Shown here: positions 24,901 through 32,065 of the stretch, one piece after another
How positions within the stretch are numbered: position 1 is the stretch's first letter
Layout: each line of letters begins with the position of its first letter
IMG/VR virus record: IMGVR_UViG_3300005454_000004
Coordinates: 1-39,144 of that record
DNA from: a virus
DNA: 39,144 nucleotides
Direction: 5' to 3' (one strand)
The notes under the pieces: model-generated
Database searches by the model: none
Told to the model about the DNA's origin: nothing
Seen by the model: the letters and a program-made list of their open reading frames with translations, nothing else
Position numbers and translations under genes: made by a program

Positions 24901-25070
24901 GCGCGGCGGCCTACGTGCTGATCGTGTGGGCGGTGGCCTCCGACGGGCTTCCCGCCCTGCCGATACGCGTCGAGCTGAAGGCCACGCTCGCGGCCTGCAG
25001 CACCGCGATGGCGGCGGCCATCAAGGCACCCAACACGAGGGCGGTCTGCCGCAAGAAGGCTGGGGTCTGA
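24897..25070 (+). CDS. Possible small membrane protein (57 aa)
   Basis: GTG start in a GTGA overlap with the previous gene. N-terminus VSAAAYVLIVWAVAS is hydrophobic. Below the track cutoff from this start. Weak call. Confidence 0.35.
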   Translation: MSAAAYVLIVWAVASDGLPALPIRVELKATLAACSTAMAAAIKAPNTRAVCRKKAGV

Positions 25071-25100
25071 TTCCGTGGGAGGCTCCACGTGGAACATCCC

Positions 25101-25138
25101 GATGGGCAGGCTGATGGGCTGATGGGGTCAAAAGGGTC
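25101..25138 (+). repeat. Short direct repeats (GATGGGC x2, GATGGGG, GGGTCA x2); possible integrase arm-type sites of attP
   Basis: gatgggcaggctgatgggctgatggggtcaaaagggtca lies in the noncoding stretch next to the tRNA-like core. Confidence 0.35.
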
Positions 25139-25194
25139 ATTTCCGGGCCATTCCTGCCCTCGTGCTACAGAGTGACAGGGGCGGCCAGAAGTGA

Positions 25195-25238
25195 CTCATA
25201 ATCCCTTGGTCCCTGGTTCGAATCCAGGCGGGCCCACC
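25195..25238 (+). other. attP core: 3' half of a tRNA-Met(CAT)-like gene (anticodon loop to acceptor end)
   Basis: ctCATaa anticodon loop, variable tggtc, T-arm cctgg-ttcgaat-ccagg, acceptor strand cgggccc, discriminator a, then cc. No matching 5' acceptor strand or D-arm lies upstream. It abuts the integrase stop at 25244. Confidence 0.7.
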
Positions 25239-25243
25239 TATAA

Positions 25244-26281
25244 TCAAGCACTTGCGGCGCTTCGCTTTTTGGCCGATGGGATTTTGATGGGCTGGAATCC
25301 CTTGGTCATCAGGCGCAGCGCCGTGCGGTTGAGCACGCGAGCGTACACCTTGCGCGCCACGTCGAGGCTGTTGCCGAGGATGTGCGCGACCACCTCGAGG
25401 GGCACCGGCGGGTCGGCGTTGAGCAGGATGGTGGCGCCCGAGCGGCGCAGGTCGTGGTAGACCAGGTCGCGGATCTTCGCCTTGTCGCGCGCGGCCTCGA
25501 ACCAGGTGTAGTACGTGCGGACGTGGTGCTCGAAGGGCACGGCCTTGAGGTACGGGCGCAGCTGCGGCACGATCGGCACCACCCGCGGCTCGCCGTTCTT
25601 CGTGTCGGGCAGCGTGATGCCCTGGCGCCCGATGTCGGCCTTCCTCAAGCCCTTCACCTCGCTCTCGCGCATCAAGGCGTAGGCCCCGAACGCCATGAAC
25701 GCCTCGGCCTCGAAGCTGGGCGCCTTGGACAGGAGCTTCGCGATCGCGCGGCGGTCGATCTGCCGGGTGCGCACGCGCTCCTTCGACTTGTCGATGAGGA
25801 TCACGTAGGGCGACAGGTTCTCGGGCGTCCAGCGCTTCACCTTCCACGCCCACTTCGCCGTCGCCTTCACGATCGCGAGCCGCCGGTTCGTGGTGGCCGG
25901 GGTGAACGCGCCCTCGCCCTTCACGCGCTTCATCGCGTGGATCTTCTCGGCCGCTTCGACGACGCCGGCCTTCGTGAGCGTGAGGCCCTTCACGGCTTCG
26001 CGGACGAGCGCGACCTTGCTCTTCGTCGAGCGCCAATCCTTCCGGCGCCCTTCCTCGCTCGGCTCGACCACCTCGTCGTACCAGTCTTGAATCGCCGCGG
26101 CGAGGCCCACGGTCGGCGTCTTGCCGAGCACCGCCTGCTCGATCAGTTCACGCCGGAGCTGGAGCTCGAGCTCGTCGGCCTGGGCTTTCGTCGCGCCGGC
26201 CGGGAGCCGTCGGAAAACACGATGTCCGCGTGTCTCGAACTCGACGGCGCGCCGGCCGTTGGGGAGCTTCTTGACTGCCAA
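25244..26281 (-). CDS. int: Tyrosine recombinase (phage integrase), 345 aa
   Basis: Catalytic pattern ALMRESEV (R), HDLRRSGAT (H-x-x-R), VAHILGNS (H), KVYARV (Y). The N-terminal arm-binding-like segment is VKKLPNGRRAVEFETRGHRVF. Confidence 0.9.
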   Translation of the reverse strand: MAVKKLPNGRRAVEFETRGHRVFRRLPAGATKAQADELELQLRRELIEQAVLGKTPTVGLAAAIQDWYDEVVEPSEEGRRKDWRSTKSKVALVREAVKGLTLTKAGVVEAAEKIHAMKRVKGEGAFTPATTNRRLAIVKATAKWAWKVKRWTPENLSPYVILIDKSKERVRTRQIDRRAIAKLLSKAPSFEAEAFMAFGAYALMRESEVKGLRKADIGRQGITLPDTKNGEPRVVPIVPQLRPYLKAVPFEHHVRTYYTWFEAARDKAKIRDLVYHDLRRSGATILLNADPPVPLEVVAHILGNSLDVARKVYARVLNRTALRLMTKGFQPIKIPSAKKRSAASA

Positions 26282-26505
26282 TGGGTTCTCCGCTTGAAGT
26301 CGTCGACGTCTTCTCGGGCGACGCGGATCGCGCCGAGGATGCGATTATGGGCCAAGTCGCCCTTGGCGATCAGCCGGCGCACGGTGCGCGGCGACACGCC
26401 GAGGAGCGGGGCGACTTGCGAGATCTTCAACACGGTGGCTCCGCCTATTTCATGGAACATTGGCGGTCCATCGAACAAATCGTTCGACGCGGCCTGGTTG
26501 CTCAC
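26143..26505 (-). CDS. xis: Excisionase / AlpA-type MerR-like HTH protein (alternative start at 26460)
   Basis: VLKISQVAPLLGVSPRTVRRLIAKGDLAHNRILGAIRVAREDVDDF matches the excisionase-family HTH pattern. The frame has no stop until 26143, so its tail overlaps int by 139 nt with falling GC3. Confidence 0.65.
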   Translation of the reverse strand: MSNQAASNDLFDGPPMFHEIGGATVLKISQVAPLLGVSPRTVRRLIAKGDLAHNRILGAIRVAREDVDDFKRRTHWQSRSSPTAGAPSSSRHADIVFSDGSRPARRKPRPTSSSSSSGVN

Positions 26506-26641
26506 ATTGCGAGATAGCGGTCGCGGTTCGGTAGCACGCCGTGCGCTCCTGCGATTTGTGTATGCCCCACAACGTAAGTGCCGTCATCCCGATCACTCCG
26601 AAGGCCAGCGCGCGAAAAGCGAAGATGATTAGCGGCTTCAT
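26450..26641 (-). CDS. Small membrane or secreted protein (63 aa)
   Basis: ATGA overlap with the upstream gene. N-terminus MKPLIIFAFRALAFGVIGMTALTLWG. Its 3' end overlaps the xis start region. Confidence 0.4.
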   Translation of the reverse strand: MKPLIIFAFRALAFGVIGMTALTLWGIHKSQERTACYRTATAISQCEQPGRVERFVRWTANVP

Positions 26642-26874
26642 TTCGGCTCGAATCCTTTGCCCTGCCACGAACAGCCGCTCTCTTGCGCGCGGATCATCAC
26701 GCAGAGGCCATGCGCGCTATTCACAAGGCCCGTGGTGACGCCCGCATTGCCGCCATCGGCGCAGGTAGCCAGCGCGGCGGGAAGCCACCAGCGACGCTCG
26801 TAGTGCTTGCAGTCGCGGCATTTCGGCGGGTAATTCGGATCGTGCATCGGGCCGGGATTGGAGCCGCCGTCCAT
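26638..26874 (-). CDS. Small Cys-rich hypothetical protein (78 aa)
   Basis: Internal ATG of track ORF 26638..27159. Its ATG (26874) starts on the last base of the upstream TAA stop (TAATG). Motif PKCRDCKHYERRWW. Confidence 0.5.
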   Translation of the reverse strand: MDGGSNPGPMHDPNYPPKCRDCKHYERRWWLPAALATCADGGNAGVTTGLVNSAHGLCVMIRAQESGCSWQGKGFEPK

Positions 26875-27185
26875 TAGATTTTCCCTTGCGAATGCGTATC
26901 GTCGATCAGAGCGCCGCGCTCGGCCTGCGCCTTGAGCAATCGGCGGTAGGTGTTGTTGCTCGCTCCCACGATTCCCAACTGCCCCGCGACGGCCTCCACG
27001 GCTTCGGCACAGGCCGTCAGGTAAGCGCGCGAACGGAATCGCTGCTCGCGGGTCTTCGTCGCCCGGAACGCAGCCCACACGGCCTCCTGCTGCGGCGCGG
27101 GCACCATGTTCCAGTGCGGGCGGCAGAACAGCATCCGGGGCTGCGTCGGCGTCCCGCAATGCGGGTAGTGGCAGGCGTGGCTCAT
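26874..27185 (-). CDS. Hypothetical protein with an N-terminal Cys/His zinc-ribbon-like motif (103 aa)
   Basis: CHYPHCGTPTQPRMLFCRPHW. ATGA overlap with the DUF1643 gene. Confidence 0.6.
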   Translation of the reverse strand: MSHACHYPHCGTPTQPRMLFCRPHWNMVPAPQQEAVWAAFRATKTREQRFRSRAYLTACAEAVEAVAGQLGIVGASNNTYRRLLKAQAERGALIDDTHSQGKI

Positions 27186-27691
27186 TTATCTACGCTTGCG
27201 GTGAGCGTCACTTGCCGGCAGTCGTAGGCCAGCATCAGCGGGTGGCACGGGATACCGTCGTCGGTGAGCTTGAGCGCCGTGGGTCGCATCCCCGTGCGGC
27301 GAATGATCTCCAGCACTTCGGTGGGCCGAGACAGCCCGCGCGCGTTCACGCCCCACGCGCAGATCACGGAGTTGGCATGCGACTCCACGAGCGCCGCCTC
27401 GATGTGCCGGTCGTTCTCGGGTCCGCGCGGGTAGCCGGCTTTCTTCAAGTCGGCCGGCTTCGTCGCGCGATAGGCGTAGAGGTTCACCACCTCGATCCCG
27501 TCGTAGCCCATGCGCTTCGCGAAGCCCACGCACTTGCGGATCGTGGGGTCGTCCTGCTCGGCGTCGGCCGTCGATGGGTTGAGCATCACGAACGGCAGCG
27601 CGGCGCCCTCGCCCCATTGGCGGGTGAGGCGATACCGGAACTTGCCGCAGGGCGAAATGACCGCGCTCACGCCTTTGGCTCCGAGGTACAT
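27182..27691 (-). CDS. DUF1643-family protein (169 aa)
   Basis: CGKFRYRLTRQWGEG...PFVMLNPSTADAEQDDPTIRKCVGFAKRMGYDGIEVVNLYAYRAT matches the conserved DUF1643 core as I remember it (YRY-L-R-W ... F-hydrophobic-M-LNPSTAD ... DDPTIRRC ... NLFA-R-T). Confidence 0.8.
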   Translation of the reverse strand: MYLGAKGVSAVISPCGKFRYRLTRQWGEGAALPFVMLNPSTADAEQDDPTIRKCVGFAKRMGYDGIEVVNLYAYRATKPADLKKAGYPRGPENDRHIEAALVESHANSVICAWGVNARGLSRPTEVLEIIRRTGMRPTALKLTDDGIPCHPLMLAYDCRQVTLTASVDK

Positions 27692-27707
27692 ACACCGTGT
27701 AATGCGA

Positions 27708-27950
27708 TCACGGCTGCGGCCCTCGCAGCGATGCTTTCACTTCGTCGAGTTCCTTCTGCAGCTTGTCCACGGTCTGGTGCAGGGCGTCGGCCATGTAGCC
27801 GATGGTTGACGGCCCCATGAGCAGCACGATCTTGTGCGCCTTGTCGCCCTCGGTGTGGCCGACCATCTCGAACTCGACCCCTCCCTCGTGCAGCACCTTG
27901 GCGTCGCACCATGCGAGCCGGAGCCGGATGGTCTTGCGCTGCTCGCTCAT
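27708..27950 (-). CDS. Hypothetical protein (80 aa)
   Basis: Internal ATG preceded by GAAGGAA. ATGA overlap with the upstream ORF. Confidence 0.55.
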   Translation of the reverse strand: MSEQRKTIRLRLAWCDAKVLHEGGVEFEMVGHTEGDKAHKIVLLMGPSTIGYMADALHQTVDKLQKELDEVKASLRGPQP

Positions 27951-28162
27951 GTGGTTTGTTCCTTCTTCGGTGGCATTGGGAACGCGAACGTGCCCGTAAG
28001 GTGAACGACGATGCATCGGTTAGGTTTGGGGCCGAGAACCTTCGCGCTATGCACGGCGTCTTTCTTGAGGGCGTGGAAGGCCCATATTTCCTGCGCAACC
28101 GGGTCGTAAGCGACATACGTTTTCAGCGTGCGGATTCGAGTCGTCCACGTCTGCTTTTTCAT
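27947..28162 (-). CDS. Hypothetical protein (71 aa)
   Basis: ATGA overlaps at both ends. GC is lower than in the structural region. Confidence 0.55.
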   Translation of the reverse strand: MKKQTWTTRIRTLKTYVAYDPVAQEIWAFHALKKDAVHSAKVLGPKPNRCIVVHLTGTFAFPMPPKKEQTT

Positions 28163-28503
28163 GCCGCCTCCTGTTTAGGCTTGCCGCAATCCGGGCAGGC
28201 CCCCTCGGCATTCCCGGGCCCGAAGCAGAATCGACAAGGCACGCCCGCCACCGTGGCGAGCGCCTTGTCGATTGCAGCCATCGGAGCGTCCATCAGCAGC
28301 CCGCCGCGCTCATAGGCATCGCTGGCGAGCGCCATGAAGTCTTGCTCGGACATGGTGGCAAAGGCGGTCTTGCCCTCGCTATACCCGTCAGGCGACGCGC
28401 TGCGAACGGTGACTTGGACGTTCCCGCCTTCGACGCGGTAGACCGAAACGAGCGCCGGATAGGGGCCGGATGTCGAAGTCCAGGCGGCTATATGCTTGCT
28501 CAT
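28159..28503 (-). CDS. Hypothetical protein with a C-terminal CxxC...CxxC zinc ribbon (114 aa)
   Basis: CRFCFGPGNAEGACPDCG. ATGA overlaps at both ends. Confidence 0.6.
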   Translation of the reverse strand: MSKHIAAWTSTSGPYPALVSVYRVEGGNVQVTVRSASPDGYSEGKTAFATMSEQDFMALASDAYERGGLLMDAPMAAIDKALATVAGVPCRFCFGPGNAEGACPDCGKPKQEAA

Positions 28504-29186
28504 GTTTTCTGCTCCGTTGAGGCGTCACGATTGAGCTTCTCGGAAATCTCTAGTAGCGCCGCCATCCCGGCGGTTTCATCGCTACGCTCCTCGCAGGCGT
28601 AGTTAGCGGCGAACAGCGGGCTGTCGTAGAGCGACACAGCGGCGCGGGCCGCAATGCCCATGTCCCGAACGATGTCCTGCCATGGCGTCGTCGGCGGTCC
28701 TTCCCCTGTGTACTGCCCGATCATGGCGAGCACGCCACGAAGATGCGCGATTGCCGCTTCTCTCGGGTCCGCTTTCCCTTTTTTCTCTGTTAGAGGAAAG
28801 GGATTGGTGGGCGGCAGTTCACCCCCACCCGAAGGTGACGGCTGCCTATCGGCCGTAGTGCACTCACTGCCGCCCGTAGAGGTGGGATTCTTGGCGAGCG
28901 CGGCGTCGGCCTGCGCTCGGATGTAGAGGTTGCGCGTCGGATACTGTGCAGGCCAGCCGTGTTGCTCGGAGGCGATGATGTTGAATAGGGCCGTTTCGAG
29001 AAGCCCTGCGTAGGCGTGTTGCTCGTCGGCTTGCGCGTAGGCCGTGATGCGATCCAGCGCGCACTGTTGCAACTCGCGCTCAAGCCGGCGGGCAAAGTCG
29101 AGCAGGCAAGATTCGTGCATCCCCTGGGACAGGCACATCCCGGTGATGCTCTTGAGTTCGGCTTCCGTGCGCGGCGTGTCGCTCAT
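28500..29186 (-). CDS. Hypothetical protein (228 aa)
   Basis: Coding-like composition and start/stop overlaps with both neighbours. No motif recognised. Confidence 0.65.
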   Translation of the reverse strand: MSDTPRTEAELKSITGMCLSQGMHESCLLDFARRLERELQQCALDRITAYAQADEQHAYAGLLETALFNIIASEQHGWPAQYPTRNLYIRAQADAALAKNPTSTGGSECTTADRQPSPSGGGELPPTNPFPLTEKKGKADPREAAIAHLRGVLAMIGQYTGEGPPTTPWQDIVRDMGIAARAAVSLYDSPLFAANYACEERSDETAGMAALLEISEKLNRDASTEQKT

Positions 29187-29542
29187 TTCGCCTCCATGGC
29201 TGCGTCAATGGCGGCGCGCAGGCCCTTGCCGTGCCCAAGGGTTCCCGTCACGCTGCAATCGACGTAGATCGTCTCGCTGCCGGGGCGAAGATCGCGCGTG
29301 ATGTCGAGGTCTTCGCTGTGGAGTTGGAGCCAGTCCAGTCGCGCCCTGTCTTTTTCTGCCTCGGAGAGGCGTGTTAGCGCAGCCTCGACCGTCGCCACTT
29401 CCTCCAGCAACGCCATTTCCTTGTTGCCGTGAAAGCGATCCTCGCCGGGCTCCATGCTCGCGTCCTGGCGGTCCTCGAAATACTCGCGAATCGCGGCGAT
29501 GGCGACTTCGGCGGCGCTCGGCTTCTTGGTGGTGTCGGTCAT
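29183..29542 (-). CDS. Hypothetical acidic protein (119 aa)
   Basis: ATGA overlap with the downstream gene. Coding-like composition. Confidence 0.65.
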   Translation of the reverse strand: MTDTTKKPSAAEVAIAAIREYFEDRQDASMEPGEDRFHGNKEMALLEEVATVEAALTRLSEAEKDRARLDWLQLHSEDLDITRDLRPGSETIYVDCSVTGTLGHGKGLRAAIDAAMEAK

Positions 29543-29545
29543 GGC

Positions 29546-29800
29546 CTAGCCCTGCATGTCGCGGCCCTTGACGAGCCGAGGCTGTCCAGGCTTGGGGGCC
29601 TCGGGCGCGGGTAGGAAGGACGACGCGCCGCCCGCGAGCTTCATGTGATCGACCTCGACCTTGGCGCTATCCACGATCACCTTGGCGACCTCGGCCACGG
29701 CCTTCGCCCGCTCGATCTCCATCGGGTTTTCCTTGTCGCGCAGGCCCCGCAGCGTTGCGAACAGTTCCTCCCGAAGATCCTCGATCTTGTTTGCGCTCAT
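29546..29800 (-). CDS. Hypothetical helical protein (84 aa)
   Basis: Internal ATG of track ORF 29546..29842, reading MSANKIEDLREELFATLRGLRDKENPMEIERAKAVAEVAKV. Confidence 0.6.
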   Translation of the reverse strand: MSANKIEDLREELFATLRGLRDKENPMEIERAKAVAEVAKVIVDSAKVEVDHMKLAGGASSFLPAPEAPKPGQPRLVKGRDMQG

Positions 29801-30464
29801 GTTTGCCCTCTCTCTTGTTGATCTGGCGCGTGATCGCGCCACGAAGTTGAGTGATCTGCCGCAGTTCCTTCGGGTAACGCTCGTGCACGTTGAGGCGGAT
29901 GTGATCGCGCCGCGTGATGAGGATCAGGTTCTCGGCCACCGTGTTGAGCTTGTTGCCGTCGATGAAGCGCAGCACCATCCCCTTCGGGATCGGGCCGTGC
30001 GCGGCGATCCAGTTGAGCCGGTGAAACGGCACCCACGCCCTCGGCCCCTTGGCCGTGTCGTCCACCTTGATTTCCCGGTAGCCCTCGCCGTTCAATCGCA
30101 CGGAGCCGACCGGCCTCCATGTGTGCGGCTTCTGGCCCTTGCGGAATTGGGTTTCCTTCATCCGGCCCGGACCCCAACCAGGGCGGCGCAGGCCCTTGTT
30201 GGGTGGGGTCTGCCCCTTCACGAAGCGGAAGGCCGCGCCAACGGCATCCCCGCGCCGCAGGCGGCACGCGGCGGGGCTGGCGAGGTACTCGGGTGACTTC
30301 TCCAGCCCGAGGCGTTTGGCGAGGTTGTAGCACCGCTTCTCGTCGGTCCCGAGCATGACCGCGATCAGCCGCGTCTTCATGTGCGGGTATTGCGCGGTGA
30401 ATTGCGCGATCTCGGCGGGAGTCCACCGGGGGATCGGCTCGGAGCGAAGGCGGCGCTTGGTCAT
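29667..30464 (-). CDS. HNH endonuclease (HNH_3-type) with an N-terminal extension (265 aa as an ORF)
   Basis: VPFHRLNWIAAHGPIPKGMVLRFIDGNKLNTVAENLILITRRDH matches the HNH_3 pattern (H...H-x-D/N-G-N...N-x-x-x-NL). The ORF tail overlaps the next gene by 134 nt. Confidence 0.8.
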   Translation of the reverse strand: MTKRRLRSEPIPRWTPAEIAQFTAQYPHMKTRLIAVMLGTDEKRCYNLAKRLGLEKSPEYLASPAACRLRRGDAVGAAFRFVKGQTPPNKGLRRPGWGPGRMKETQFRKGQKPHTWRPVGSVRLNGEGYREIKVDDTAKGPRAWVPFHRLNWIAAHGPIPKGMVLRFIDGNKLNTVAENLILITRRDHIRLNVHERYPKELRQITQLRGAITRQINKREGKHERKQDRGSSGGTVRNAAGPARQGKPDGDRAGEGRGRGRQGDRG

Positions 30465-30489
30465 GGTCTAAACGTGGAATAAAACGGGC

Positions 30490-30684
30490 TTAGTCCGCAC
30501 AGCAGTGCAACTCGCCGCCGACGCGCCGATCGCACCGGCCAGCCGCGATGCACTTCTCGGGATGGCAGCAGAACGGGTACTCCGGCTTCGGCTGGTACGT
30601 CGCGCCACAACCGGGGCAGGCGTTGTCGGCCAGCACCACGCGCCCGTCACAGGGCCAGCACGTCCACGAAATGAGAGAGGTCAT
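30490..30684 (-). CDS. Small Cys-rich zinc-ribbon protein (64 aa)
   Basis: MTSLISWTCWPCDGRVVLADNACPGCG...CCHPEKC...CC. The upstream extension of track ORF 30490..30792 has low GC3, so the later start is preferred. No clear RBS. Confidence 0.45.
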   Translation of the reverse strand: MTSLISWTCWPCDGRVVLADNACPGCGATYQPKPEYPFCCHPEKCIAAGRCDRRVGGELHCCAD

Positions 30685-30883
30685 TGATGTAACTTTCGGA
30701 GAACGGTCGTTCGGTCGGATGTGCTTTTCGTGGGCGTGTTCGTCTCGGGTAACGCACATTCCCCTGCGCGAGTGGAGGAGTGGGAGCCTCATTGCGCAGG
30801 AGGATGAGCGCTGGGCTCATCTAGCCCTTCCTCGGAGCCCTTTCTCAGATCAGGCCGGACGTCGCCCCGGCGATGGCGATGGT

Positions 30884-32065
30884 TTATGGCGATGCGTTCC
30901 AGCGATTCGTGAAGGCCGCGTTCGCCTTCGGGTAGAACGGTTGATCGCGCACCGAGTCCAACACCTCGGCGGCGGCGTCGCGGTTCGCTGCGGCGTCGAT
31001 CTTGCGAAGGATCGCCGCCTCGTCGACGGTGGGCTTCGGGTGCCGCTCGACCCAGCTCTTCGCGCGTGCGAAGGCGTCGGCCTCGAGGTCCGCGAGCGTC
31101 GCGATGCGGCCCACGCGGCACAGGTCGGAGACGGTCACGTCGCGCTCCGCGCACAGCCGCTCGAGCTCCTGCTTCTGCTCGGCGGTGATAAGGGCCGCGG
31201 TCGAAGAAGATGAGGGAGGAGCGGTTATCGTCGTAGCCCCCCCGGTCCTCGCGGAGTCGGGCATCTTCTTCGGCGCGGTTTCTTTGGAGCGGGCGTCGGC
31301 CCAGGCGGCGAGGCGCCGTCCCGTGCTCTCGTCGATCTTCTGACCGAGCAGGAACACCGGCTTGAGATCCTCCTCGAGGGCTTTCACCTGCTCGGGGACG
31401 CCGGCGTTTTCCGCGTACATCATGAAGCTCGCCAGCATCTCGTACATGAACATCTTTTCGCAGATGGGCTGGTAGCCCGCGTCCACGATCACGGTCTTCT
31501 CGCCGCCGCTGCCGTCCTGGCGCTGGAACTTCTCCTTGAGGAACTTCACCTTGGGCTCGGCGCGCAGGCAGCAGATGATGAGCGTGGGGTAACGGATCAG
31601 GTTGCCCATGAACTCGCGCTTGTGGCGGCGCTTCGCGTTCTTCCACGACGGCGCGATGAGCTTCTCCATTTTCGCGGGGTCGCCCTTCGCCATCTTCTCC
31701 AGCTCGTCCTCGGCGATCTCGCTGATGCCGCCCTCGCCGGCGTACTCGTGGCTCGTGCTGTCGAGGACCACGGCGCGGTAGTGCTTCACCGCGGCGAGCG
31801 CGGCCCACGTGCGCTCGGGGGAGAACGGCGGCTGGAAGTCGAGCCAATCCCACGGCTGGTGCCGGGCTTTCTTGTAGAGCGCGCGCTTCTCCTCGGTGTC
31901 GAGCACGACGAACTTCTCGTTCTCGCCGAAGTAGTCGCACCACCCCCGCGCGAGGCGCATCGCGCTCTCGGTCTTGCCGGACCCGCTGGGCCCCGCGATC
32001 GCGATGGCCGGGGCCTTGGTGAACTGCACCTCGAGCGAGTCGCGGATGGTGAAGTCGTTGCTCAT
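30884..32065 (-). CDS. Sak4/AAA_24-like RecA-fold ATPase with a long C-terminal extension (393 aa)
   Basis: Walker A AIAIAGPSGSGKTES and Walker-B-like AVVLDS. Internal ATG of track ORF 30884..32845. ATGA overlap with the exonuclease gene. Confidence 0.75.
   Translation of the reverse strand: MSNDFTIRDSLEVQFTKAPAIAIAGPSGSGKTESAMRLARGWCDYFGENEKFVVLDTEEKRALYKKARHQPWDWLDFQPPFSPERTWAALAAVKHYRAVVLDSTSHEYAGEGGISEIAEDELEKMAKGDPAKMEKLIAPSWKNAKRRHKREFMGNLIRYPTLIICCLRAEPKVKFLKEKFQRQDGSGGEKTVIVDAGYQPICEKMFMYEMLASFMMYAENAGVPEQVKALEEDLKPVFLLGQKIDESTGRRLAAWADARSKETAPKKMPDSARTGGATTITAPPSSSSTAALITAEQKQELERLCAERDVTVSDLCRVGRIATLADLEADAFARAKSWVERHPKPTVDEAAILRKIDAAANRDAAAEVLDSVRDQPFYPKANAAFTNRWNASP

Noticed and set aside
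25071-25094. Possible terminator hairpin (ttccgtgggaggctccacgtggaa) after the last lysis-operon gene.
   Set aside because: The stem is interrupted by a 2-nt bulge and is not followed by a T-run.
25140-25240. A complete tRNA gene.
   Set aside because: Only the segment from the anticodon loop to the acceptor 3' strand is tRNA-like. No complementary 5' acceptor strand (GGGCCCG) or D-arm lies upstream, and the end reads CCT rather than CCA.
28079-28090. An additional copy of the GCCCAWATTTG motif (ggcccatatttc) inside a minus-strand early gene. Partial matches also occur at 3326 (aagcccatga) and 36364 (tttgggc).
   Set aside because: These are half-site-length matches without the A-tract or a palindromic partner, and they lie within coding sequence. 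I cannot distinguish them from chance.
30803-30821. Hairpin GATGAGC-gctgg-GCTCATC in the 200-nt gap between the Sak4-like gene and the next early gene, considered as an intrinsic terminator.
   Set aside because: The stem is only 7 bp and there is no U-tract on either strand. It may still be a processing or regulatory element, but the evidence is too thin to call.
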